Below are positions 17,129 through 26,453 of a stretch of DNA of 64,000 bases, piece after piece (the first letter of the stretch is position 1; each line of letters begins with the position of its first letter). The notes under the pieces are model-generated. The model did not search any database, had not been told where the DNA came from, and saw only the letters and a program-made list of their open reading frames with translations. This DNA comes from Rhodoferax sp. GTDB taxonomy: Bacteria; Pseudomonadota; Gammaproteobacteria; Burkholderiales; Burkholderiaceae_C. The DNA lies in the NCBI GenBank assembly GCA_046348185.1, contig JAXMER010000015.1:13834-77833 (forward strand), read 5' to 3'. Made by a program: the position numbers and the translations under genes.

Positions 17129-17292
17129 GAGCTTACGAGAGAATTTTGAGGGATAACCTCCATTAGGTTATATAAATCAATAACTTAGGCTCAAATAAGT
17201 TCCGTTGGGGAACCCCGCATGCTCACAGGTCCAGTGCCACCAAAAGACTCTCAACCTCTATTTCTTGAATGGATCAGGAATTCGAAGGGGCT

Positions 17293-17673
17293 TTAGGGCC
17301 ACTGCCCGGCCTCCATGCGGATGGCCACTTCGCAGTCGTCAAAGATCTCCAGCTTGGCGATCTGCACCCGCACCCCCACCACGCCGGGCAGCAGCATCAG
17401 GCGGTGGGCCAGCTTGCCGATCAGGGTCTCCAACAGATTCACGTGCTCGGCGGTGCATTCGTCGATGATGATGCGCCGGACCTTGCGGTAGTCGAGCACG
17501 TGGTTGATGTCGTCATCGTGGGGCAGCAGCGGCTGCGTGCCCAGGCACAGCTCGGCATCGACCTGGATGGGCTGGGGCGCGGTCTTTTCCGACTCCAGGA
17601 TGCCGAGGTTGGCGTCAAAGCGCAGGCCCGTGAGGGTGAGGATCTGGGTGCCGGTTTGGGGTTGCTGGGCCAT
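17293..17673 (-). CDS. folB: Dihydroneopterin aldolase
   Basis: ILTLTGLRFDANLGILESEKTAPQPIQVDAELCLG is a typical FolB N-terminus. 126 aa. Confidence 0.88.
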   Translation of the reverse strand: MAQQPQTGTQILTLTGLRFDANLGILESEKTAPQPIQVDAELCLGTQPLLPHDDDINHVLDYRKVRRIIIDECTAEHVNLLETLIGKLAHRLMLLPGVVGVRVQIAKLEIFDDCEVAIRMEAGQWP

Positions 17674-17676
17674 GGC

Positions 17677-18531
17677 TTACATCAGGGAAAAATCGCGCTC
17701 AAAGCGCATCAGGTGCTGGCCGCCGTCGACCAGTAGGGTGGTGCCGGTCAGCGACTGGTTGGTCAGCGCGAACAGCACGGCGCTGGCCACATCCTGCGCG
17801 GTGCTGGAGCGCCCCAGAGGCGAGAGCCGGTGCAGCGCTTCGAACTTGTCTTGCGAGAGCAGGTGGCTGGTGAGCGTGAGGCCCGGCGCCACACCCACCA
17901 CGCGCATGCGCGGAGCCAGCGCCAGCGCCAGCATGGTGGTGGCGGCTTCCAGCGCCGCCTTGGACAGGGTGTAGCTGAAAAAGTCAGGATTCTGGTTCCA
18001 CAGCTTCTGGTCCAGCAGGTTCACGACGACACCGGGTCCTCGCGCTCCACCGTTGCACGGATCGCTGCCCTCCGAGGGGGCGGACTCTCCTTGGGTCGGC
18101 CCGGCGGGGAGTTGCTCGCGTCCAGCGAGATGGTTGTGCAGGGCCTGCGCCAGCAGGATGGGTGCGGCCGTGTTGGTATGCAGGTGCTGGTTCAGCGTGG
18201 CAAAGCTAAAGCCATCCACCGTGTCATGCTCAAAAACCGAGGCGCTGTTGACCACGGCGTCCAGATGCCCGAACTGTTGTACCACCTGCGGCACCAGGGC
18301 GCGTACCGCCGCCTCGTCGGCCAGGTTGGCACAAAATGCGGCGCTAGCCCCCGATAAAGCTGAACATGCTGCTACGGTATCCATAGCATCAACTTCGGAA
18401 TGGCGGTAGTGCACGGCCACGCGCCAGCCGGCGCGCGCCAGCGTGAGCGCGATCTCGCGGCCCAGGCGCTTGGCCGCGCCGGTGACCAGCACGGTGGGGG
18501 GCGTTGAGACAGACGGTTGTGGGGTTGGCAT
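17677..18531 (-). CDS. SDR family oxidoreductase, pteridine/dihydromonapterin reductase-like
   Basis: VLVTGAAKRLGREIALTLARAGWRVAVHYRHS. Adjacent to folB. ATG 18531 preferred over the TTG at 18540. Hosts type-1 copy D and type-2 copy T2b. Confidence 0.85.
   Translation of the reverse strand: MPTPQPSVSTPPTVLVTGAAKRLGREIALTLARAGWRVAVHYRHSEVDAMDTVAACSALSGASAAFCANLADEAAVRALVPQVVQQFGHLDAVVNSASVFEHDTVDGFSFATLNQHLHTNTAAPILLAQALHNHLAGREQLPAGPTQGESAPSEGSDPCNGGARGPGVVVNLLDQKLWNQNPDFFSYTLSKAALEAATTMLALALAPRMRVVGVAPGLTLTSHLLSQDKFEALHRLSPLGRSSTAQDVASAVLFALTNQSLTGTTLLVDGGQHLMRFERDFSLM
18044..18102 (-). repeat. Type-2 GC-rich hairpin repeat, copy T2b (in frame inside the SDR CDS)
   Basis: The reverse complement matches T2a at 51 of 59 positions in an ungapped alignment (hand count). 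Translated within the gene as AGPTQGESAPSEGSDPCNGGA. Confidence 0.85.
18345..18387 (+). repeat. Type-1 43-nt repeat, copy D (inside the SDR CDS)
   Basis: TAGCCCCCG ATAAAGCTGAACATGCT GCTACGGTATCCATAGC. Read on the gene strand as AMDTVAACSALSGA. Confidence 0.85.
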
Positions 18532-18539
18532 GGGAGACA

Positions 18540-19688
18540 ATGCGGGCCCTGATGAGCAATTCCCCCATCTTACCGCCCACCCCCGCCGAGCCAGGCGCGG
18601 GCGCTGAACTGTTGGCCTTGCTGCGCGCGCGCTTGCACGCTGCGGGCGGCTGGCTCGGTTTTGACGACTTCATGGCCCTGGCCCTGTACGCGCCGGGCCT
18701 GGGCTACTACACGCGCGGCGCTGCGGTGTTTGGCACGCTGCCGGGGCGCGATGGCAGCGACTTCGTCACCGCGCCGGAGCTCTCGGCGCTGTTTGGCCGG
18801 GCGCTGGCGCGGCAGGTGGCGCAGGCGCTACAGGCCACCGGCACCGACGAAGTGTGGGAGTTTGGCGCGGGCAGCGGGGCGCTGGCGCGCCAACTGCTCG
18901 ATGCCCTGCGCGAGCAAGGCGTGGGTTTGCGCCGCTACACCATCGTGGACCTGTCGGCCACGCTCAAGGCGCGCCAGCAGGCCGCCCTGGTTGCACATGC
19001 CGACGTGGTGCACTGGGCCAGCGCGTTGCCTGCGCAGATGCAGGGCGTGGTGGTGGGCAACGAGGTGCTGGACGCCATGCCGGTGAAGCTGCTGGCCCGC
19101 GTGCAGGGCGTATGGCATGAACGCGGCGTGGCCTGGGACGCGACGACCGGCGCCCTGACCTGGGCCGACCGTGCCACCGACCTGCGCCCCCCCACTGACG
19201 TGGACGGCAGCCACGACTACCTGACCGAACTGCACCAGCAGGGCGAGGCCTTTGTGCGCACCCTGGGCGCGCGACTGGTGCGCGGCGCGGCCTTCCTGAT
19301 CGATTACGGTTTTCCCGAGCACGAGTACTACCACGTGCAGCGCCACATGGGCACGGTGATGTGCCACCGCGCCCACCAGGCCGATGCCGATCCGCTGGTG
19401 GAAGTGGGGCAGAAAGACATCACCGCCCACGTCAACTTCACTGGGGTGGCCGTGGCCGCGCAGGATGCGGGGCTGGAGGTGCTGGGCTACACCAGCCAAG
19501 CGCATTTCCTCATCAACTGTGGCCTGCCCGCGCTTATGGAGGCGGCCGACCTGCCCACGCGCGTGGCCGCGCACAAGCTGCTGGCCGAGCACGAAATGGG
19601 CGAACTCTTCAAGGTGATCGGCCTGACGCAAGGGCCGTACTGGGATGCGATGGGTTTTGCCCATGGCGATCGCACGCACCGGCTGTAG
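18540..19688 (+). CDS. Class I SAM-dependent methyltransferase, DUF185/COG1565 (NDUFAF7-like)
   Basis: YYTRGAAVFG...GDFVTAPELSALFGRALA...VWEFGAGSGALARQLL. Start uncertain (18540 or 18552). Confidence 0.85.
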   Translation: MRALMSNSPILPPTPAEPGAGAELLALLRARLHAAGGWLGFDDFMALALYAPGLGYYTRGAAVFGTLPGRDGSDFVTAPELSALFGRALARQVAQALQATGTDEVWEFGAGSGALARQLLDALREQGVGLRRYTIVDLSATLKARQQAALVAHADVVHWASALPAQMQGVVVGNEVLDAMPVKLLARVQGVWHERGVAWDATTGALTWADRATDLRPPTDVDGSHDYLTELHQQGEAFVRTLGARLVRGAAFLIDYGFPEHEYYHVQRHMGTVMCHRAHQADADPLVEVGQKDITAHVNFTGVAVAAQDAGLEVLGYTSQAHFLINCGLPALMEAADLPTRVAAHKLLAEHEMGELFKVIGLTQGPYWDAMGFAHGDRTHRL

Positions 19689-19709
19689 TATTTTTTTGGA
19701 ACCTGGCTG

Positions 19710-20288
19710 ATGGAATCTCTTTTGGTATCAATGGGCGTGGTCGCCCTGGCGGAAATTGGCGACAAAACGCAACTGCTGGCCTTCATCCTGGCGGCGCGCT
19801 TCAAGAAGCCGCTGCCCATCATCCTGGGTATCCTGGTGGCCACCATCGTCAACCACGGCCTGGCCGGGGCGTTGGGCGCGTGGATCACCGCCAGCGTCAG
19901 CCCCGAGGTGCTGCGCTGGGTACTGGGGCTGTCGTTCATTGGTATGGCCATCTGGACCCTGATACCCGACAAGATCGAGGAAGAGGAAGCCCAGGTCGCG
20001 CAGCGCTTTGGTGTGTTTGGCGCCACGCTCATCACTTTCTTTCTGGCTGAAATGGGCGACAAAACCCAGATCGCCACCGTGGCCATGGCCGCCCACTATG
20101 CGTCGCCGCTGTGGGTGGTGGTGGGCACCACACTGGGCATGCTGATTGCTGACGTACCGGCGGTGTTCGTGGGTGACAAGCTCGCCAGCAAGATCCCGAT
20201 GAAGCTGGTGCATGGCATCGCAGCGGCCATCTTTGCCCTGTTGGGTGCGGCCACGCTGCTGGGTGCGGGTTCGCGATTCGGGATTTGA
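19710..20288 (+). CDS. TMEM165/GDT1 (UPF0016) family cation transporter
   Basis: Two E-x-GDKTQ motifs (AEIGDKTQLLA, AEMGDKTQIAT). Confidence 0.88.
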   Translation: MESLLVSMGVVALAEIGDKTQLLAFILAARFKKPLPIILGILVATIVNHGLAGALGAWITASVSPEVLRWVLGLSFIGMAIWTLIPDKIEEEEAQVAQRFGVFGATLITFFLAEMGDKTQIATVAMAAHYASPLWVVVGTTLGMLIADVPAVFVGDKLASKIPMKLVHGIAAAIFALLGAATLLGAGSRFGI

Positions 20289-20292
20289 CGCC

Positions 20293-21267
20293 ATGCACAC
20301 AGAAGACCTTTCGCGTTGGGTTCACGACCACGTATTCCATACCAGCAGCGAAGCCGCCGAGCGCAGCACGCGGGTGGTCATGTGGATCACGGGCCTGACG
20401 ATGGTGATCGAGATTGCCGCGGGCTGGTGGTTCAACTCGATGGCCTTGCTGGCAGATGGCTGGCACATGAGTTCGCACGCCGTGGCCATTGGTCTGTCGG
20501 CGTTTGCCTATGCCACGGCGCGGCGCTACGCGCAGGACCCGCGCTTTGCCTTTGGTACCTGGAAGATCGAAATCCTGGGCGGCTTTGCCAGCGCAATCTT
20601 TCTGGTGGGTGTGGCGGTGATGATGCTGGTGGGGTCGGTGGAACGCATGGTTTCGCCGCAGCCCATCCAGTACCGCGAAGCGATTGTGATCGCCATTCTC
20701 GGTCTGGTGGTGAACCTGGTGTGCGCGCTGATTCTGGGAAACGCACATCATCACGGCCATGACCACGCCCATGACCACGGGCACCACCACGACGACCATC
20801 ACCACCACCATGACCTCAACCTCAAGTCGGCCTATATCCATGTGATTGCCGACGCCGCCACTTCGGTGCTGGCCATTGCGGCACTGTTCGGGGGCTGGAT
20901 GCTGGGCTGGTCATGGCTGGACCCGGCCATGGGTGCGGTTGGTGCCGTGCTCGTGGCTGTCTGGGCCAAGGGCCTGGTCGCCGATACGGGCAAGATCCTG
21001 CTGGATCGGGAAATGGACCATCCCGTGGTTGACGAAATTCGCGAAGTCGTTGAAACCGGCGCTGATGCTGGGGATACGCGCATCGCCGACTTGCACGTCT
21101 GGCGTGTGGGCAAGCAGGTGTATGCCTACGCCATGACCGTGGTCACCCACGACGATGCACTGACCCCGGACGCGGTGCGCAAGCGCCTGTCGGTGCACGA
21201 GGAAATCGTGCATTCCACCATCGAAATCCACCACTGCCGCGCCGGGGCTCCAGACCCCGTGCGGTAG
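20293..21267 (+). CDS. Cation diffusion facilitator (CDF) metal efflux transporter with His-rich loop
   Basis: MHTEDLSRWVHDHVF... LLADGWHMSSHAVAIG. Loop HHHGHDHAHDHGHHHDDHHHHHD. ATG 20293 chosen inside ORF 20212..21267. Confidence 0.88.
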   Translation: MHTEDLSRWVHDHVFHTSSEAAERSTRVVMWITGLTMVIEIAAGWWFNSMALLADGWHMSSHAVAIGLSAFAYATARRYAQDPRFAFGTWKIEILGGFASAIFLVGVAVMMLVGSVERMVSPQPIQYREAIVIAILGLVVNLVCALILGNAHHHGHDHAHDHGHHHDDHHHHHDLNLKSAYIHVIADAATSVLAIAALFGGWMLGWSWLDPAMGAVGAVLVAVWAKGLVADTGKILLDREMDHPVVDEIREVVETGADAGDTRIADLHVWRVGKQVYAYAMTVVTHDDALTPDAVRKRLSVHEEIVHSTIEIHHCRAGAPDPVR

Positions 21268-21275
21268 CGGCAGAC

Positions 21276-22043
21276 CTACCAGTACGGGGCAAAGAACGGC
21301 TCCAGCTCCACCAGGGCGTCGTCGATCATCTCGGGCAGGGCCTGGGCAAAGCAGTCCAGCAGCACCACGGCATTGGGGCTGGAGTCGCTGGCGGCGGCTT
21401 CGCGCAGGCGTTTGCTCAGTCCCAGGTTGACCTGGTGCAGGCCGCGGTAGCGCTGGCGCAGGCCGTCCAGGTCGTAATCGGCAACCCCGCCCTTGCGTTC
21501 TACGAAAAACTGTGCCAGCAAGTACATGGAGGCGGCGCGGTAGGCGGTTTCGGTCTCGTTGGCCAGCGGCAGGTGAAAGCGTGCCATGGGGCGCAAGAAC
21601 GCGGTCTGCGGGCAGCCCGAGGTGGCGATGAGCAGGCCCATCAGGCTGCTGATGGCGCGCTGCGCGCTGGTGCGGGCGGTGGTGGTGCGCTCGCCGGTGA
21701 TAACGGTCAGCTCCACCTGCTCAAAGGAGCTCAGGCTGGCGCTCCAGTCCAGCAAGTCGGCCATGCGCAGGGCGGCCGGGCACTGCGCGGTTTGCGCAGC
21801 CTGCAGCGGACAGTGCGTGCATTGGTGGCGGCCCAGCGCAGCCCAAGCGGGCGTGTCGGTGCGCTGCGTATCCAGCGGTTGCAGGGTCTGCGCGTCGAAT
21901 GCAAGCGCAAACGCCGTCGTGGTGCCGTCGCCGGCGGTAAAGCGGTATTCGATATGCCAGGTGTTCATGCCCGCCAGATGCGCTGCTTGCTGTGGTGGGT
22001 GGTGCGCCAGTATGGCACGCCAGCGACTGTAGTCCATGCGCAA
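21276..22043 (-). CDS. Conserved hypothetical protein (Cys motif CTHCPL...QCP)
   Basis: Long ORF downstream of, and co-oriented with, the LysR gene. No family recognised. Alternative start at 21968 (MNTWHIEYRF). Confidence 0.55.
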   Translation of the reverse strand: MRMDYSRWRAILAHHPPQQAAHLAGMNTWHIEYRFTAGDGTTTAFALAFDAQTLQPLDTQRTDTPAWAALGRHQCTHCPLQAAQTAQCPAALRMADLLDWSASLSSFEQVELTVITGERTTTARTSAQRAISSLMGLLIATSGCPQTAFLRPMARFHLPLANETETAYRAASMYLLAQFFVERKGGVADYDLDGLRQRYRGLHQVNLGLSKRLREAAASDSSPNAVVLLDCFAQALPEMIDDALVELEPFFAPYW

Positions 22044-22057
22044 GGAAAATCAGCCAG

Positions 22058-22100
22058 TAGCCCCCGTAAATACGCATGATGTTGCTACAGAAATTGTAGC
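22058..22100 (+). repeat. Type-1 43-nt repeat, copy E (intercistronic)
   Basis: TAGCCCCCG TAAATACGCATGATGTT GCTACAGAAATTGTAGC. The palindrome is perfect. Lies between the LysR stop and the next gene's start. Confidence 0.9.
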
Positions 22101-22108
22101 TATGGCAT

Positions 22109-23038
22109 TCACGCGTAAGGCGCCTGGGCAATGCCGCCCTGGGCCAGTGCGCTGTCCCGGAAGTCCAGGAACGCCCGCACCGCCGGGATCAGCCCCCGTC
22201 GGGACGGAAACACCGCATGGAAGATTCCCGGCTTGGGCGCCCAGCCCGGCAGCACCAGTTCCAACTGGCCAGCGCGCAGTTCGTTGGCGCACAGGTAATC
22301 GGGCAGGCAGGCCATGCCAGAGCCGCCGAGCACGGCGAATTTCAGGGTCAGCAGGTCGTCGGCCAGATAGCGCGGCGTGTGCTGCAGGGTGAAGCTGCCG
22401 CCGTCCGGGCCATCCGGACCGTCCAGGAGCCAGGTGCAGCGCCCGGCAGCCGCGTTCATGGCCACGGTGTCCAGTTTCTGCAGGTCCGCCGGTTGCGTGG
22501 GGCGGCCCTGGCGGGCCAGCAGTGCGGGGCTGGCTACCAGCAGGGTGTACGTGGGGCCAAAGTTCTTGACGACCAGGGAGCCGCTGTCGTCCAGCGTGGG
22601 GCGCACGCGCAGGGCCACGTCAAGGCCCTCCTCCACCAAATCGACGGCGCGGTTGCTTACCCGCATGTCCACGTTGACCAGGGGGTAGCGCTCCAGAAAG
22701 CGCGGCAAGATGGGCCCCAGCGTGGTTTGCGCCAGCGTCACTGCGCAGGCCACGCGGATGGTGCCGCGCGGCGCGTTACGGGCCTGGGCCACCGCGTCTT
22801 CGGCGGCCAGGGCATCTTCACGCATGGCCACGCAGTGGCGGTGGAATTGCTCGCCCACGGCAGTGAGCGAGAGCTTGCGCGTGGTGCGATGCAACAGGCG
22901 CACGCCCAGGCGGGCCTCTAGCTCGGCCACCCGGCGCGAGATGCGTGATTTGGGCAGGCCCAGGCTGCGCCCGGCGGCGGCAAAGCCACCCCGGTCCACC
23001 ACTTCGGCAAAGTACATCAGGTCGTTCAGGTCTTGCAT
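22109..23038 (-). CDS. LysR family transcriptional regulator
   Basis: [54 protein letters not shown]. Confidence 0.93.
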   Translation of the reverse strand: MQDLNDLMYFAEVVDRGGFAAAGRSLGLPKSRISRRVAELEARLGVRLLHRTTRKLSLTAVGEQFHRHCVAMREDALAAEDAVAQARNAPRGTIRVACAVTLAQTTLGPILPRFLERYPLVNVDMRVSNRAVDLVEEGLDVALRVRPTLDDSGSLVVKNFGPTYTLLVASPALLARQGRPTQPADLQKLDTVAMNAAAGRCTWLLDGPDGPDGGSFTLQHTPRYLADDLLTLKFAVLGGSGMACLPDYLCANELRAGQLELVLPGWAPKPGIFHAVFPSRRGLIPAVRAFLDFRDSALAQGGIAQAPYA

Positions 23039-23051
23039 GGTGTGTTTTTAG

Positions 23052-23081
23052 CTTTGATTGTCCTGCCAGTAGAACAATCAA
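23052..23081. promoter_or_regulatory. Dyad TTTGATTGT-N12-ACAATCAAA (candidate LysR-type binding site)
   Basis: Perfect 9-bp arms in the divergent region between the LysR gene (start 23038) and azoR (start 23173). Confidence 0.45.
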
Positions 23082-23172
23082 ACCCGATTTTGCCGTCTTA
23101 TCAAATGTTTGTCCCGCCCAGATACTTCATCCATCGCCGCGTTGTGCGGTTCACCTGCTCAAAGGACCAACC

Positions 23173-23832
23173 ATGAAACTGCTCCACATCGACTCCAGCA
23201 TCCTCGCCGCCAACTCTGCCTCGCGCGCCCTGACAGCCCACACCGTGGCCCAGTGGCAAGCCGCCCACCCCGCCACCACGGTCGACTACCTGGATCTGGC
23301 CGTCAGCGCGCCCAGCCACCTGTCTGCCGATTCCCTGGGCTTTCGCATGCCCGCCGGTGCCGATGTCAGCGACATCCAGCGCCAGGAGAACGCCGTGTCC
23401 GAGGCCCTGGTCAGCCAGTTCCTCGCCGCCGACGTGGTGGTGGTGGGTGCGCCCCTGTACAACTTCTCCGTGCCCAGCCAACTCAAGGCCTGGATCGACC
23501 GCATCGCCCAGCCGGGCCGCACCTTCAAGTACACCGAGAAGGGCCCCCAGGGCCTGGCCGGAGGCAAGACCGTGATCGTGGTGTCCACCCGCGGTGGCAT
23601 GTACTCCACCAGCGACATGGGCCGCGCCATGGAGCACCAGGAAAGCTACCTGCAAACCGTGTTTGGCTTCCTGGGCATCACCGACGTGCGCTTTGTTCGC
23701 GCTGAAGGTCTGGGCATGGGCGACGCTATCAAGGCCCAGGCCCTGGAGCAAGCCCGTGCCGCCGGCGAGCGTGAAGCCCGCCAGTACGGAAAGACGGCTG
23801 CCAACGCCCCTGCCGTAGCCGTAGCAGCCTAA
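23173..23832 (+). CDS. azoR: FMN-dependent NADH-azoreductase
   Basis: [21 protein letters not shown]...[26 protein letters not shown] 23173 chosen inside ORF 22945..23832. Confidence 0.9.
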   Translation: MKLLHIDSSILAANSASRALTAHTVAQWQAAHPATTVDYLDLAVSAPSHLSADSLGFRMPAGADVSDIQRQENAVSEALVSQFLAADVVVVGAPLYNFSVPSQLKAWIDRIAQPGRTFKYTEKGPQGLAGGKTVIVVSTRGGMYSTSDMGRAMEHQESYLQTVFGFLGITDVRFVRAEGLGMGDAIKAQALEQARAAGEREARQYGKTAANAPAVAVAA

Positions 23833-23898
23833 GGAATTCGCGCCGCCCAGCGCAGCGCGCAGGTCCGATTCACAATCGCCTCACGTTTGGAGAAAACC

Positions 23899-24693
23899 AT
23901 GTCTGCCACTACCCAAGCTCCCGTGCTGTTCGTGTCCCACGGAGCGCCCACCTTCGCACTGGAGCCCGGCCTGCTGGGGCCGCAGTTGCGGGCCATTGGC
24001 CAGCAGCAGGAGGGCATCCGTGCCGTGCTGGTGGTGTCGCCCCACTGGCAGACGCGTGGCGAGGTGCGCGTGATGGCCACCGCCCAACCCGAGACCATCC
24101 ACGACTTTGGCGGCTTCCCGGCCGAGCTCTACACCTTGCAATACCCCGCACCGGGTGCGCCCGATGTGGCGCAACAGGCCTATCAGTTGCTCAACGCTGC
24201 GGGCTTTCCCACCACGGTGGACGCCCGCCGTGGCCTGGACCATGGGGCCTGGGTGCCGCTGTATCACTTGCTGCCCGCTGCCAAGGTGCCGGTGTTCCAG
24301 GTATCGCTGCCGTTTGCCATTACCGCGGAGCAGTCGCTGGCGCTGGGCCAGGCACTGGCTCCCTTGCGCGAGCAGGGTGTGCTCATCATCGGTTCGGGCA
24401 GCATGACGCACAACCTGTACGAACTGGCTGCGCCGGGCTCCCCCATCGAAGCCTATGCTCAGGAGTTCGCCACCTGGGTGCGCACCGCCGTGCAGGCCCG
24501 CGCCATGGCCGCCCTGAGCCGCTACCGTGCTGAAGCACCCCACGCCCAGCGTGCCCACCCCACCGAAGAGCATTTCCTGCCGCTGCTGGTGGCCCTGGGT
24601 GCCACCGGTGAAAACGAGGCCGTGCGCGTGCTGGAGGGCGGCATCGACTATGGCGTGCTGTCCATGGAGTCTTACGCTTGGGGTGTGCAATGA
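23899..24693 (+). CDS. ygiD: Class III extradiol dioxygenase (4,5-DOPA dioxygenase extradiol, YgiD-like)
   Basis: APVLFVSHGAPTFALEP...VVSPHWQT...IIGSGSMTHNL. Confidence 0.85.
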   Translation: MSATTQAPVLFVSHGAPTFALEPGLLGPQLRAIGQQQEGIRAVLVVSPHWQTRGEVRVMATAQPETIHDFGGFPAELYTLQYPAPGAPDVAQQAYQLLNAAGFPTTVDARRGLDHGAWVPLYHLLPAAKVPVFQVSLPFAITAEQSLALGQALAPLREQGVLIIGSGSMTHNLYELAAPGSPIEAYAQEFATWVRTAVQARAMAALSRYRAEAPHAQRAHPTEEHFLPLLVALGATGENEAVRVLEGGIDYGVLSMESYAWGVQ

Positions 24694-25400
24694 CGGCCGC
24701 GCCTTTCACGCTGGGGCCGGTGGTGGCGGATGCCAGCTCCGGGCTCTCCTACCGACTGCGCCAACCGGTGGCGCAGCGTGCGGATCGCTGTGTGGTGCTG
24801 CTACACGGCGTGGGTAGCAACGAGTCCACGCTGCTGGACCTGGCCACGGGGCTGGGTGCCGAAACCCTGGTGGTCTTTGCCCGTGGCCCGCTGGCGATAG
24901 GGCCGCAGCAGTTTGCCTGGTTTCAGGTGCAGTTCACGCCGCAAGGGCCCCGCATTGCCCCCGAACAGGCCGAACACAGCCGCCGCGCGCTGATAGAACT
25001 GCTGGCCGGACTGCGCAGCCGCTATGGCGTTGGCGCCCAGTCGACCGTGATCGCCGGCTTCAGCCAGGGTGGCATTCTGAGCGCCAGTGTGGGCCTGTCC
25101 GCGCCCGACAGCGTGGCGGGCTTTGCCGTGCTGTCCGGCCGCATCCTGCCTGAGCTTGAGCCCGCCATCGCCCCGCGCGCGCAGTTGGCGCGGCTGCAGG
25201 CCTTTGTCGGCCACGGCCAGTTCGACAGCAAGCTGCCCGTGGATTGGGCCCACCGTGCCGACACCTGGTTATGTGACCTGGGTGTGCCGCACACTGTGCA
25301 GTTGTACCCCATCGATCACACCGTCAGCTCCGCCATGCAGGCCGACTTTGTGGCCTGGGTGCATGCCGTGCTCCCGGTTACGCCTGCGGTGTCGCAGTGA
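24690..25400 (+). CDS. Alpha/beta hydrolase (phospholipase/carboxylesterase family)
   Basis: VVLLHGVGSNESTLLDLA and nucleophile elbow GFSQGG. ATGA overlap with ygiD. Confidence 0.85.
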   Translation: MTAAPFTLGPVVADASSGLSYRLRQPVAQRADRCVVLLHGVGSNESTLLDLATGLGAETLVVFARGPLAIGPQQFAWFQVQFTPQGPRIAPEQAEHSRRALIELLAGLRSRYGVGAQSTVIAGFSQGGILSASVGLSAPDSVAGFAVLSGRILPELEPAIAPRAQLARLQAFVGHGQFDSKLPVDWAHRADTWLCDLGVPHTVQLYPIDHTVSSAMQADFVAWVHAVLPVTPAVSQ

Positions 25401-25894
25401 TTTCTACACCGGTCGCCATCCCATCACCGGTACGGGTGGAGTTGCAGCTGGGCGATGGCGCGTCCAGCTTGCACATCCATTTGCCGGACGGTGCGAACCA
25501 TCGGCGCGAATTGGCACTGGGCGTGACCGACCTGGTCAGTCGCTACCTACGCCACAGCCCGCCGAGTCCGCTGGAGATGGAATCCGCCATCACCGTGGTG
25601 GAGGATGTGGTCATGCCCGTGTACCGCGAATTGCCAGCGCACGCTAGGCTGGAAACCGCCGACGCTGCGCTGCATGGCCTTGCGCTGGCTTGTGGCGTGC
25701 CGCCGGCAGAATCCATGGTCTGGACACGTGACGCGCTGGAGGCCAGCTTCAACCGCCTCGCCAGCGTGGTGATGGGCAGCCCCGCCGCGCAGGCCGGTGT
25801 GCCGCTTGACGGCACTTCGGTGGCGCGCCTGCTGATCTTGCGCGAGTGCTTGCACCACTGGGGTTTTGATGCGCTGACCGTGCACACGCCTTGA
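25397..25894 (+). CDS. Hypothetical protein
   Basis: GTG start overlaps the upstream stop (GTGA). GC-rich codon usage like its neighbours. No family recognised. Confidence 0.5.
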   Translation: MISTPVAIPSPVRVELQLGDGASSLHIHLPDGANHRRELALGVTDLVSRYLRHSPPSPLEMESAITVVEDVVMPVYRELPAHARLETADAALHGLALACGVPPAESMVWTRDALEASFNRLASVVMGSPAAQAGVPLDGTSVARLLILRECLHHWGFDALTVHTP

Positions 25895-25938
25895 AACCCA
25901 TCGGGCTGGCCCCACGTGTCCGTTAGAAAGGCACCATC

Positions 25939-26382
25939 ATGACCCAGGCTGCGCATATCGTTTGTCCCCACTGTCACACCACCAACCGTGTGCAAGCCAC
26001 TGACCTGGCGCGCGCGCCGGACTGCGGTCGCTGCCATCAGCCGCTATTCACCGCCCACACCACAGCACTGGATGCTGCGCAGTTTGAGCGTCACATCCAG
26101 CGCAACCAAATTCCCGTATTGGTGGACTTTTGGGCGCCTTGGTGCGGCCCGTGTCGACAGATGGCGCCAGCGCTAGAGCAAGCCACTGCACAACTGGAAC
26201 CACAGGTGCGCGTGGCCAAGGTCAATACCGATGAAGCCCAGGAACTGGGCGCACGCTTCAACATCCGCAGCATTCCCACGTTGGCGCTGTTCGTTGGCGG
26301 GCGCGAAGTGGCGCGCCAGGCGGGCGCCATGGGTGCGGCGGACATCGTACGTTGGACACGGGCGCATCTGGGCGGGGGATAA
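25939..26382 (+). CDS. trxC: Thioredoxin 2 (TrxC) with N-terminal zinc finger
   Basis: CPHCHTTNRV...CGRCHQPLF followed by FWAPWCGPCRQMAP. Confidence 0.92.
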   Translation: MTQAAHIVCPHCHTTNRVQATDLARAPDCGRCHQPLFTAHTTALDAAQFERHIQRNQIPVLVDFWAPWCGPCRQMAPALEQATAQLEPQVRVAKVNTDEAQELGARFNIRSIPTLALFVGGREVARQAGAMGAADIVRWTRAHLGGG

Positions 26383-26453
26383 GGGGCGCTGGTTTTTCCG
26401 GAGCAAGTGCCGTGTGTGAATCCTCTACAGTTGGGGCCGGTATTACCCCAGGA

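Noticed and set aside
17153-17171. Hairpin ATAACCT-ccatt-AGGTTAT after the AlbA_2-like gene, considered as a terminator
   Set aside because: The stem is A/T-rich and there is no following T-run on either strand.
19690-19745. Low-GC patch at the start of the GDT1-family gene, considered as a degenerate type-1 copy
   Set aside because: It has neither head nor GCTAY-N7-RTAGC palindrome. It is probably just the RBS and start region.
20740-20820. CAC/CAT/GAC-rich repetitive DNA
   Set aside because: It encodes the His/Asp-rich loop of the CDF transporter. This is ordinary for the family.
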